The notes: generated from the sequence alone by a model not told the origin. Numbered from the stretch's first letter, positions 50,805 through 58,395 are shown. The stretch: DNA of 64,000 bases from an uncultured virus (IMG/VR IMGVR_UViG_3300000553_000007) (IMGVR_UViG_3300000553_000007); one strand, 5' to 3'. Numbers and translations: made by a program.

Positions 50805-51884
50805 TTAATATCCTATTACTTGAAAATTCATTCCCCAGGGTTCGTTCGGCGTGTTATCCCACGTCCCTTGTATTGACATAGTAAACGATGTAGTCGACCT
50901 ATTATTTAACATAGAGTGAGTTTGTGGTAAAAATACAACACCTACCTCAGCTCCATTTGTACCGGCAATTTCCCACGCATTACCGACGATGATATAATTC
51001 GTTGTATTTATTGGATTTAAAAATGTTACGCCGTAACAGAATTGAGTATGGTTAGACCCGGAATAAATTGCCAAAGTACCAAGAGAAACCACAGAACTAA
51101 TATTACATCCAGTAACTATAGTTAATGTATCCGTATCTTTATTACTAGCATCGCTTCCCGTAACCATGGCAAATGCTCTAAGTGATGGAGTTCCTAATGC
51201 GATATAACTGGCGGTATCCGCGTTTATGGTAGTTGTAGATTGTCCGGCAGTTGTGGCAAATGTTGCAAAATTTGCAGTCGCTGACGTTCCAGAACTGATT
51301 GAGTAATTCGATGTATCGGATGATACGGCATGTGATGCTGATGTTGAGTTACTTGATATAATAGAATATGATGCCGACGTTCCATTCATTGAATATGACG
51401 CTGTTCCATTCGGTAATCCACTATAAAACAAATTTAACGTGGTAGTAGATGAATCTGCCGAATTAGCTTTAACCGAATATGAAGATGTACCATTTGGTGT
51501 ACCAGTATATTTCAGGAAAGATGCGGTATCGGCGCTAGGCATAGTAGTTACACAAAATGCCGAATAACTAGCTGTGTCGGATTGTATAGCATGAGATGCT
51601 GATATAACTGTACCGGCGTAACTAGATGATATTGATTGACTGGAAATTGTTGCAACTGCAACAATTCCATGTATATTAGATGAGTCTATATAAGATGCGG
51701 TGTCTGCCAGCGTGGCTTTGTATGCCGGGAAACTTCCACTATTTTCTACAAATAATAGAAGTTGACCCACCTCTAATTGCTTAGATTCTCGTTGGCTTGT
51801 ATCAGTTACGAAGAATACATCATTTGATTGTATATCAGTCGCCGCCAATGACAATAATTCAGACACCCTCTTATTTTGACTCAT
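50805..51884 (-). CDS. Ser/Thr/Ala-rich fibre-like virion protein
   Basis: KRVSEL N-terminus, repeated ADTASY/GTASY units and a C-terminal beta domain. Confidence 0.6.
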   Translation of the reverse strand: MSQNKRVSELLSLAATDIQSNDVFFVTDTSQRESKQLEVGQLLLFVENSGSFPAYKATLADTASYIDSSNIHGIVAVATISSQSISSSYAGTVISASHAIQSDTASYSAFCVTTMPSADTASFLKYTGTPNGTSSYSVKANSADSSTTTLNLFYSGLPNGTASYSMNGTSASYSIISSNSTSASHAVSSDTSNYSISSGTSATANFATFATTAGQSTTTINADTASYIALGTPSLRAFAMVTGSDASNKDTDTLTIVTGCNISSVVSLGTLAIYSGSNHTQFCYGVTFLNPINTTNYIIVGNAWEIAGTNGAEVGVVFLPQTHSMLNNRSTTSFTMSIQGTWDNTPNEPWGMNFQVIGY

Positions 51885-51901
51885 AACAAATAAATATACG
51901 A

Positions 51902-52633
51902 TTAAATAGTTTTTTTGACTTTTTTTATGATGAATTTGACTAGAGCGCTTCTTACTATATCATCTTCTGTGAATTTAAACACATGGATTCCGTTAGCTCT
52001 TGATTCCTCATCATCAAAATAAGATATCATTTTTATAAAACCACTCTTACCGTTAATATCTGATTGGTCAGCGTCACCTAATATAAATACTTTACTAAAT
52101 TCGCCTGTTCTGGTTATCAATGTGAATAGTTCTTTCACGGTCATGTTCTGAGCTTCATCAGAAATTATAACCTTAGCATTCCAATTCAACCCTCTTAGGA
52201 ACCCTACAGGAACAGAAGATATTCTTTCTTCTTTTTTAAGTCCCTCAATTTCTTGTACCGGTAGTAATTCCATCAACTTGTCAACTAACGGAGCTAGATA
52301 AGGAGCCATTTTATCGTCTGCTTCTCCTGGTAGAAATCCGAGTTTTGATTCTGACGATTCAACTGCAGAACGAATGTAAATCAAATCACTAACTCTTCTT
52401 TCATTTAACATTTGAAGGGCCGCGTATACTGCCATATACGTCTTTGATGTTCCTGCTGGTCCAGATACAAATACTATTTTTGTATCTTTATTCATAGCAA
52501 CTTCTAAGAATTGCTTTTGTTTATCATTTAATTCTCTTTTGCGAATTGATAATTGATTTTTGATTTTATTACGTTGTGGAATACTCGGGCTTGTGTCCTG
52601 AACTTTAGTTTGGTCGATGCGTTTTGTTTTCAT
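51902..52633 (-). CDS. phoH: PhoH-like ATPase
   Basis: GPAGTSKT, LGFLPG..DDK..PY, FLRG, DEAQN, TRTGE, GD..QSD and DIVRS motifs. Confidence 0.93.
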   Translation of the reverse strand: MKTKRIDQTKVQDTSPSIPQRNKIKNQLSIRKRELNDKQKQFLEVAMNKDTKIVFVSGPAGTSKTYMAVYAALQMLNERRVSDLIYIRSAVESSESKLGFLPGEADDKMAPYLAPLVDKLMELLPVQEIEGLKKEERISSVPVGFLRGLNWNAKVIISDEAQNMTVKELFTLITRTGEFSKVFILGDADQSDINGKSGFIKMISYFDDEESRANGIHVFKFTEDDIVRSALVKFIIKKVKKTI

Positions 52634-52970
52634 CAGTTGTAGTTGTATTTGTGGACTTTTCCTTTAGTGTTTTTTGTAACCTAACCACCCTTGTACAATG
52701 TTCATATGTTTCATTTTTCATATAATATGAATATATGTTATCAAGATTGGTCAAATAATCTTTTTCTGATAATGTTATTACAAAATCAGAATTTTTGAAT
52801 TGGAATACTTCAACGAGAGGTAAGTTATGTTCTAAGGCGAACTCAATGATGTTTACAACTTGTTCCATCATATCAACTTTGAATTTTTGAGAAAAAGATT
52901 GCAAGTCCTTATTTTCAGACGGTAGGACATATAAAGACGGTGAATCGTTTGTATTCTTTTTTGCTGCCAT
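52605..52970 (-). CDS. Hypothetical protein
   Basis: About 121 aa, with a C-terminal E.YE.C motif; overlaps the phoH start. Confidence 0.55.
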   Translation of the reverse strand: MAAKKNTNDSPSLYVLPSENKDLQSFSQKFKVDMMEQVVNIIEFALEHNLPLVEVFQFKNSDFVITLSEKDYLTNLDNIYSYYMKNETYEHCTRVVRLQKTLKEKSTNTTTTDENKTHRPN

Positions 52971-53004
52971 ATCTTTCTCAACATAACTATAACGAAACAA
53001 ATGC

Positions 53005-53041
53005 AAAAAAGAAAAACGTGGCAGATTTCTCTACCACGTTT
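53005..53041 (-). terminator. Rho-independent terminator
   Basis: Minus-strand hairpin AAACGTGG-TAGAGAAATCTG-CCACGTTT followed by TTCTTTTTT. Confidence 0.7.
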
Positions 53042-53063
53042 ACGTATTAACTTGTATGAATGT

Positions 53064-53384
53064 TTAGTTAGTAAGTTCGGTCAATCTTTTACTGGCGACC
53101 TTCCGCCATTTTCTTACTGTTTTTGGACTAACATTTTTATAATCAGACTCTCCTTTTATTAGAAGATTATTAACTTCTTGTTTAGTCATTGCATTCTCAA
53201 TTAGATTTGAGAGTCCTGGTTCTGGTGTCGGTTTAAATGCTCCTTCATGTGGAGCATACATAATGGGAGTATTCCCATATTTCATTATCTCCTTCACGGC
53301 TGCTTTCTTTTCTTCAAAAGAACTCGAAGAGTTTACAACGGCTCGAATCTCTGCCGATTTTCTACTTTTTGGTGTAGTATTCAT
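53064..53384 (-). CDS. Hypothetical protein
   Basis: 106-aa ORF in an operon. Confidence 0.55.
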   Translation of the reverse strand: MNTTPKSRKSAEIRAVVNSSSSFEEKKAAVKEIMKYGNTPIMYAPHEGAFKPTPEPGLSNLIENAMTKQEVNNLLIKGESDYKNVSPKTVRKWRKVASKRLTELTN

Positions 53385-53388
53385 GAAT

Positions 53389-53673
53389 TTACCAAATACG
53401 ATGTTTTTTCTTATCGAATTGTACGATTTCTACTTTCGTCCCATCCGGCCAACGTTTTACGACTTTTTGCCAAAACGTCTTTTCATCTAGCGCTCTCTGT
53501 TCGTCAGGATTTGAATAATCTTTGTCGGAAACTCGTAACCCTCCACGAACAACTACGTAACGTGTAGATGCCTGACCAGGAGTCCAAGTTTCTTGTTCCA
53601 CCAATTCATTAATGGGAATCATCAGATTAGGAACTGCGTCTGAATGTGTCCGTTTTGTTTTTTCATTTGCCAT
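53389..53673 (-). CDS. Hypothetical protein
   Basis: 94 aa; RYVVVRGGLRVSDKDY...FWQ motif. Confidence 0.55.
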   Translation of the reverse strand: MANEKTKRTHSDAVPNLMIPINELVEQETWTPGQASTRYVVVRGGLRVSDKDYSNPDEQRALDEKTFWQKVVKRWPDGTKVEIVQFDKKKHRIW

Positions 53674-53998
53674 GTTTTTGTTTCCAGTTTTTATACTGCA
53701 TTCTACTTGTTTTTACTTTATCAGATAGAAACTTTGAAATAACTTCTGCATCTTCTATACTAACTATAACATCACTACCTGAAAGATTTTTACCTATAAT
53801 CAACTGCCAAATCATTTTTAACCTATCACTAAAACAATATGGGATTGGTGATTGATTCCATATGGAAAAATAAAAAACGGAGGCGATGTCATCACATATG
53901 CCGAGAGTATCATTGGTCACTTCTAATACATGTGAGTGACATTCACATCTGACCATCAATACATCCTCATTTGTATTTATTATTGGCATGATTATCAA
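53663..53998 (-). CDS. Hypothetical protein
   Basis: 111 aa; CECHSH motif. Confidence 0.55.
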   Translation of the reverse strand: MIIMPIINTNEDVLMVRCECHSHVLEVTNDTLGICDDIASVFYFSIWNQSPIPYCFSDRLKMIWQLIIGKNLSGSDVIVSIEDAEVISKFLSDKVKTSRMQYKNWKQKHGK

Positions 53999-54678
53999 AT
54001 TCTCTCTTCATTTTTAGAAAAAAACCATTTATCATATTCGCCACGACAGGCAGAATAATCTGCGCTGTGAATGATTCGTGGTAAATTCGTTTTCAAATAT
54101 AGGTCTTGGTTATATTGTTTCAAATATTTTTCAGTACCTTCATTGAACAATCCATCTGCCAATTTAATACCGAGATATTCTTTCCAATCATAAACAACTC
54201 CGAATTTTTGTAGAAGGAATACGGCTCTATCGGTTACTTCCATATAAGGTAGATTGGGATTCATTTTATAGAATTCGCCCTTTTTGTATTTCCAATCTTG
54301 GTCTTGTGGGTAGTAGTATTCACCAAACTCCGGGTCGCCCAATTTACCCAAATCGTGATGCATCGCTGCGAAGACCATCTGTTCATCTGTGAAGTCTATA
54401 TTACAACCGGCCACTTCGAATAATTTCTTTGAGGCGAATGACATTTTAATGACATTCATGATGTGTTGTAGATATCCGCCGGGATGACAGAGATGATAAT
54501 GTTCACACATAGCGGCCGGAGCCGTAGCTAATGATAATCCCAAAGAATCCTCATTTTCAGAATACATCTTTAGAAGTTTCGTCTTTCGGTCGCCTTTAAA
54601 AACGCTACTTATAAATTTTATAAATTCTTGATAATTTTCTTGAATTTCATTGTCAGTCAAATTTGGTTTGTCAATCAT
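53995..54678 (-). CDS. HD-domain phosphohydrolase
   Basis: APA...HYH...GGYLQH, HHDLGKLG and IIHSAD motifs. Confidence 0.8.
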   Translation of the reverse strand: MIDKPNLTDNEIQENYQEFIKFISSVFKGDRKTKLLKMYSENEDSLGLSLATAPAAMCEHYHLCHPGGYLQHIMNVIKMSFASKKLFEVAGCNIDFTDEQMVFAAMHHDLGKLGDPEFGEYYYPQDQDWKYKKGEFYKMNPNLPYMEVTDRAVFLLQKFGVVYDWKEYLGIKLADGLFNEGTEKYLKQYNQDLYLKTNLPRIIHSADYSACRGEYDKWFFSKNEERI

Positions 54679-54718
54679 GTGATGATATTATCAGAGTTGT
54701 AGAAGATATCAACTTATT

Positions 54719-55349
54719 TTAAAAGTATGGATTTGCCATGATGCTTTCGACGGTTCCGGACGGCATATCATCAAGAGTCTTTACGAATTCTCTCATAAGA
54801 CGAAAACTTTGAGGAATCAATTCATCAGGAACATTTGCCACTCTATCAGTATAAACCTTGAGTTGTTTGGCGGCCATTAATGCTGCAAGATGGGTTTTTG
54901 CCATCAAGGCATCATGAGAATCGGTAGTAAATTTTTGACCTATTCCGTCGTTTATTTGAACGGTTGAAACGGTTGACCAAATATTCAAGAAATCAGATTC
55001 AAGAGTATCTTCTGACAACCAAGTATCATTGCAGGCGGCATACGAGTGTGTGAGAATTGAATTTCTCTTATTGGCAGTTGTTCGTTTTCCAAATAGAGGA
55101 TGGATACTAGTAACTCTATCGGTGTATTGTAGAAGGATGTCCGTGGACGGTTTTTGAACACTACACACGTTGATTAGGTGTTTATCCCACATCTGCGCAG
55201 CCAGACCATGATAGGGCGGAGATAGGTACAGCTAATATAATACTTGGGGCCCCAAATGCTTCCGAGCCAGGGCCTATTTCAAATTTGTCTTTGAGAAGTT
55301 CTTTGAGGAATGTTCCAAAAACACCATCGCCTATGATTGTTAGTTTCAC
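54719..55349 (-). pseudogene. tyrA: Prephenate dehydrogenase (TyrA-like), split by a +1 frameshift near 55215
   Basis: A GTG start at 55349 gives MKLTIIGDGVFG (Rossmann)...IILAVPISA. Removing one base of the CCC at 55214-55216 joins it to LINVCSVQ...HPLFG...HDALMAKTH. Span is 631 nt (3n+1). Confidence 0.7.
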
Positions 55350-55355
55350 AGTTAA

Positions 55356-55384
55356 ATACTAACAGTGTTGTAGAAGGAAGTCAA
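55356..55384 (-). promoter_or_regulatory. Sigma70-like promoter (TTGACT-N17-TAGTAT)
   Basis: Immediately upstream of the tyrA-like GTG. Confidence 0.5.
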
Positions 55385-55397
55385 GAAGATTATAAAA

Positions 55398-55489
55398 TGG
55401 CGGTTAATGAGGGAATTGAACCCCCGCCGGACGCAATGCCGGATTAGTTTTCGAAACTAACGTAGCGAACCAACATCTACCTACTAACC
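55398..55489 (-). tRNA. tRNA-Ser(CGA)
   Basis: Anticodon arm TTAGT-TTCGAAA-ACTAA, long variable arm, GTTCAA T-loop, G73 and encoded CCA. Confidence 0.88.
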
Positions 55490-55493
55490 AAAA

Positions 55494-55715
55494 TTATTTA
55501 GACCAACGGTGTTTTCTGCTATGATATTCCCAACAAATGTTACAATTATTTATTGGTGGAGTTGAGCCGGTATAATCCGTATGAAGAGGACATGATTCCA
55601 TATCTAATTGAATTCTTAAAGAATCGATATTAAATGGTTTGCCATTTGGTAAGATGAACTTGGTAGTTATCTCAGGTTCTTCTTTTTTAAACCAGTTTCG
55701 TATCCAATTAAACAT
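55494..55715 (-). CDS. Small hypothetical protein between tRNAs
   Basis: 73 aa with C..H...C..C. Confidence 0.5.
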   Translation of the reverse strand: MFNWIRNWFKKEEPEITTKFILPNGKPFNIDSLRIQLDMESCPLHTDYTGSTPPINNCNICWEYHSRKHRWSK

Positions 55716-55719
55716 AAAA

Positions 55720-55813
55720 TGGCGGTTGTGATAGGATTCGAACCTACGGGCCGGCTTTCACCGAACCTCCTAATTTCCAATCAGGTGCCTTATAGCCACT
55801 CAGCCACACAACC
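55720..55813 (-). tRNA. tRNA-Ser(GGA)
   Basis: CCTGA-TTGGAAA-TTAGG, long variable arm, GCCA end. Confidence 0.92.
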
Positions 55814-55860
55814 AAAACGGTGAGTTATAATATAAATATATCAAATGATATTATAACATC

Positions 55861-55896
55861 AAAAAGAAAACACCAACCAAAAATGGAAGGTGTTTT
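55861..55896 (-). terminator. Rho-independent terminator after tRNA-Gln
   Basis: Minus strand AAAACACC...GGTGTTTT followed by a T run. Confidence 0.55.
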
Positions 55897-55903
55897 ATGA
55901 AAC

Positions 55904-55977
55904 TGGCTGGGGATGAAGGAATCGAACCTTCGTCTATCGGTTCAGAGCCGACTGTAATACCATTATACAAATCCCCA
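55904..55977 (-). tRNA. tRNA-Gln(CTG)
   Basis: TCGG-CTCTGAA-CCGA anticodon arm, U1-A72, GCCA end. Confidence 0.92.
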
Positions 55978-55988
55978 ATAAAGACAAC

Positions 55989-56162
55989 TTAAAGTTTCTT
56001 TGCATCAGTAGAGACTTCTGCCACTACTGTTTTTGCGGTTGTTGCCACTACTACTGCATCGGCCACTACTTTATTGACTACTGCGACGTGTTTACGTCCG
56101 ACCAATACGCCGACGATAAATGTTACAACACCGACAATGGATGCTACTATTACGATACTCAT
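55989..56162 (-). CDS. Small Val/Ala-rich membrane peptide (57 aa, not in the ORF track)
   Basis: MSIVIVASIVGVVTFIVGVLVGRKHVAVVNKVVADAVVVATTAKTVVAEVSTDAKKL*, with an AAGGA ribosome-binding-like site. Confidence 0.6.
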   Translation of the reverse strand: MSIVIVASIVGVVTFIVGVLVGRKHVAVVNKVVADAVVVATTAKTVVAEVSTDAKKL

Positions 56163-56252
56163 ATTTTTTCCTTTATGTTAATTGTTATTTCAACAAACCA
56201 TTGGGGTTTGTGATAATAAATATGACAATATAAGTATAAAAACTTACAAAAT

Positions 56253-56326
56253 TGGTGGAGCCGCCGAGAATCGAACTCGGGCCTTTTCATTGCGAGTGAA
56301 ACGTATTCCCACTTTACCACGGCCCC
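56253..56326 (-). tRNA. tRNA-Ala(CGC)
   Basis: TTTCA-CTCGCAA-TGAAA; G3-U70; ACCA end. Confidence 0.92.
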
Positions 56327-56375
56327 CATAAACTCCCTCACAAGAGGGAATTGTATCTTCTCATAATATAGAAGA

Positions 56376-56567
56376 CTAGATACAGAATTTTAAGGTTATC
56401 TCCTGGACCATTTTTACAACTTATCCATTGTTGAGTGGTCTTTTTACAACTTTACTCTGTTGGGCGTTTTTACAGTAGTCACTGCTACCCCTGTCAAAGA
56501 CAGGATTGTGAGCCTTGTTAGGCTTGTTTTTTAGCTAGATATTTTTATCTGCTGTTACCGTATCTAA
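56376..56567 (-). ncRNA. Unknown structured ncRNA with tandem hairpins and pseudoknots
   Basis: Terminal pairing AGATACGG/CTGTATCT, three hairpins and repeated CAAC..GTTG-TAAAAA units; no long ORF; lies between two tRNA-Ala genes. Confidence 0.55.
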
Positions 56568-56569
56568 AT

Positions 56570-56643
56570 TGGTGGAGCCAAAGGGAATCGAACCCTTATT
56601 TCAACACTGCCAGCGTCGTGTCTTACCATTGGACGATGACCCC
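56570..56643 (-). tRNA. tRNA-Ala(GGC)
   Basis: CGACG-CTGGCAG-TGTTG; G3-U70; ACCA end. Confidence 0.9.
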
Positions 56644-56647
56644 ATTT

Positions 56648-57045
56648 TGTGACGTAGCCGTAACCGCCGTTTTGTTTTATCTCTACATTTATCTCAGTAT
56701 TTCTACTGGTTCTCCGTTAAAGAGAACTGCTCCAACCTTTCCTTTACATCGGCCAACACTAGCCTTTGGAACTTTAGGATTACTGTTAATTTGTGGTACA
56801 AACGAATGTAATGAACAGGAACTATCGGACGTGTATTGGATTACTTGTCTACCTGTTTTCCCTTAAAGTCTTTCACTTTAAGTTTCCTCCGACTATTTTA
56901 TGGTTTTACCCACGTTACATTCTCCCAACATCTGCTGTACAGAGGCGAATTTCCTCTGGTAATATCTTGAACCATTGTCAAGCCTAGTTTCATCAACTTC
57001 CGATTCGAACGGACTTATTACCAGCGTAGAGTCGCTTACGTCACA
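56648..57045 (-). ncRNA. rnpB: RNase P RNA (catalytic subunit), phage-encoded
   Basis: P1 TGTGACGTA/TACGTCACA; P2 CTCTAC/GTAGAG; P3 CTGGTAATA/TATTACCAG; CR-I GAGGAAATTCGCC pairing with CR-V ACAAAACGGCGGTTAC (P4 with a bulged U); CR-IV AGATAAATG preceded by a GAAA-capped hairpin. Confidence 0.82.
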
Positions 57046-57050
57046 TCAAT

Positions 57051-57078
57051 AATATACATCTAAATTATTAAATGTCAA
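57051..57078 (-). promoter_or_regulatory. Sigma70-like promoter for the RNase P RNA (TTGACA-N16-TATATT)
   Basis: The -10 box ends 5 nt upstream of the predicted P1 5' end. Confidence 0.6.
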
Positions 57079-57090
57079 GCGTTGAAATTT

Positions 57091-57168
57091 TGGTGGTGTC
57101 TATGAGATTCGAACTCATACATTTTCACTTCTCAGGCGAACGACTCCTGCCAGTTGGTCTAAGACACC
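57091..57168 (-). tRNA. tRNA-Leu(GAG), short variable arm
   Basis: TTCGC-CTGAGAA-GTGAA; 5-nt variable loop; ACCA end. Confidence 0.85.
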
Positions 57169-57173
57169 GTAAA

Positions 57174-57251
57174 TGGTATGCGTGACAGGACTCGAACCTG
57201 TGATAAATCTCAGTGTAAATGAGACGCCGTTGCCGCTGGAGCCACACGCAC
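57174..57251 (-). tRNA. tRNA-Val(TAC)
   Basis: TCTCA-TTTACAC-TGAGA; ACCA end. Confidence 0.9.
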
Positions 57252-57259
57252 ATTAAATG

Positions 57260-57336
57260 TGGTCGGAATGCCGGGACTCGAACCCGGAAATCTCCTGGAC
57301 CCAAACCAGGCGCGATACCAATTACGCTACATTCCG
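57260..57336 (-). tRNA. tRNA-Pro(TGG)
   Basis: C1-G72; CCTGG-TTTGGGT-CCAGG; ACCA end. Confidence 0.92.
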
Positions 57337-57346
57337 ATTAAAAATT

Positions 57347-57438
57347 TGGCGGTTCCGACCAGATTCGAACTGGTGGCAGTTTTTTAGGCTGCGAGAGTTT
57401 AGCAAACTCTTGGTTTAATCCATCTCACCCACAGAACC
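57347..57438 (-). tRNA. tRNA-Ser(GCT)
   Basis: AGAGT-TTGCTAA-ACTCT; long variable arm; GCCA end. Confidence 0.9.
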
Positions 57439-57452
57439 ATAATCAATAACTA

Positions 57453-57977
57453 TTATATATCTTTAGTAATGTCAAGGTTTTTCTCAACTTTAAATCCTTG
57501 ATATATTAAGATTTCTTTACAAAGTTGTATAAAATCTTCTAAAATCATATCACCTTTAGCAAAATTTGCTTCTTTACAAGTTAATCCTAAATTATCAAAA
57601 GAACATCCCCCGCCCTTTGAAACAGGTATTATATGGTCACATTGATATGTTTTAGGTTGTAATAAATCTATTTTTCTACCACTTAAATAACAGATTGGAG
57701 TATTAATTAATTTGTCTTTAAATTCATTAGATGAAAAATTCAAAGATTTTCTTTTTTGTAAACAATGCCTATTTCCATTAACAAAACTAAAATTATCTTT
57801 TTTTCTTTTTAAAATTCCAGTAAGAGTTTTTTTATAATTTTTGACACGTAATTTACATTTGTCTTTTTGTCCATCGCCACAATGATAAGCAATGGTTCCT
57901 TTAGAGCATCCAAGAATAGATTTTATTTCATTATAGGATTTTCCCTCACTTCGTAATTTAAGTATTTCATTTTTCAT
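57453..57977 (-). CDS. HNH endonuclease with an N-terminal HTH
   Basis: ILKLRSEGKSYNEI...SKGTI HTH; CYLSG...CDHIIPVSKGG...DNL...C..AN..K. The true start is 57977, because the longer ORF runs through a tRNA. Confidence 0.85.
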   Translation of the reverse strand: MKNEILKLRSEGKSYNEIKSILGCSKGTIAYHCGDGQKDKCKLRVKNYKKTLTGILKRKKDNFSFVNGNRHCLQKRKSLNFSSNEFKDKLINTPICYLSGRKIDLLQPKTYQCDHIIPVSKGGGCSFDNLGLTCKEANFAKGDMILEDFIQLCKEILIYQGFKVEKNLDITKDI

Positions 57978-58035
57978 GAATATACATATAAACGAGTTCG
58001 AATAAATACGAATAAAAATATTCGAACTATTAAAT

Positions 58036-58128
58036 TGGCGGTTGGAGAGGGATTCGAACCCCCGGCGGTTTTTTAGGCCGCTATAGTTTTCAAGACTATC
58101 GCCATCAGCCGGACTCGGCCACCCAACC
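58036..58128 (-). tRNA. tRNA-Ser(TGA)
   Basis: ATAGT-CTTGAAA-ACTAT; long variable arm; GCCA end. Confidence 0.92.
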
Positions 58129-58137
58129 ATAAATTCT

Positions 58138-58245
58138 TTAATCAAAGCCTGTAATTTCCCAGGCATTTAATAATCCATCGTAGGATTCGGCTTCTTGTTG
58201 ACGACGTTCCTCTTCTTCGGCGTCATAATAATCATCTTCTTCCAT
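58138..58245 (-). CDS. Tiny acidic peptide (35 aa, not in the ORF track)
   Basis: MEEDDYYDAEEEERRQQEAESYDGLLNAWEITGFD*, directly after a sigma70-like promoter. Confidence 0.45.
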   Translation of the reverse strand: MEEDDYYDAEEEERRQQEAESYDGLLNAWEITGFD

Positions 58246-58253
58246 TGACAATA

Positions 58254-58281
58254 ACTATATCATCATTTATGAAATAGTCAA
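58254..58281 (-). promoter_or_regulatory. Sigma70-like promoter (TTGACT-N16-TATAGT)
   Basis: Read directly, upstream of the acidic peptide. Confidence 0.5.
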
Positions 58282-58290
58282 TAATAAATT

Positions 58291-58390
58291 ATGCAATTTG
58301 AGAAGGATTCGAACCTTCGACCAACCCAATCAAGGGTTCGGCATGGCTATCAAGGCCAATACGTTAAACCACTCCGACACCAAACTACAT
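58291..58390 (-). tRNA. Atypical tRNA-Ser(TGA)-like RNA lacking CCA
   Basis: D loop GAGTGGTTTAA, loop CTTGATA, long variable arm, T arm GAAGG-TTCGAAT-CCTTC; acceptor stem extendable to about 11 bp; no CCA. Confidence 0.55.
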
Positions 58391-58395
58391 ATTTG

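Noticed and set aside
49858..51884. Diversity-generating retroelement acting on the fibre genes
   Set aside because: No reverse transcriptase and no template/variable repeat pair seen in this window.
56411..56475. TTTTTACAACTT repeats as a mini CRISPR array
   Set aside because: The repeats are ~12 nt with ~18-nt spacers, there are only 2-3 copies and no cas genes; they are better explained as RNA structural units.
56618..56987. Plus-strand ORFs 56618..56866 and 56793..56987
   Set aside because: They are antisense to tRNA-Ala and the RNase P RNA and have no protein motifs.
56330..57050. tmRNA
   Set aside because: The flanking Ala acceptors are complete tRNAs with their own anticodon arms, no tag reading frame is evident, and the 400-nt segment fits RNase P instead.
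57978..58166. N-terminal extension of the HNH ORF; likewise extensions at 61858-61917 and 62710-62788
   Set aside because: The extensions run through tRNA genes; downstream starts, or a truncated remnant, fit better.
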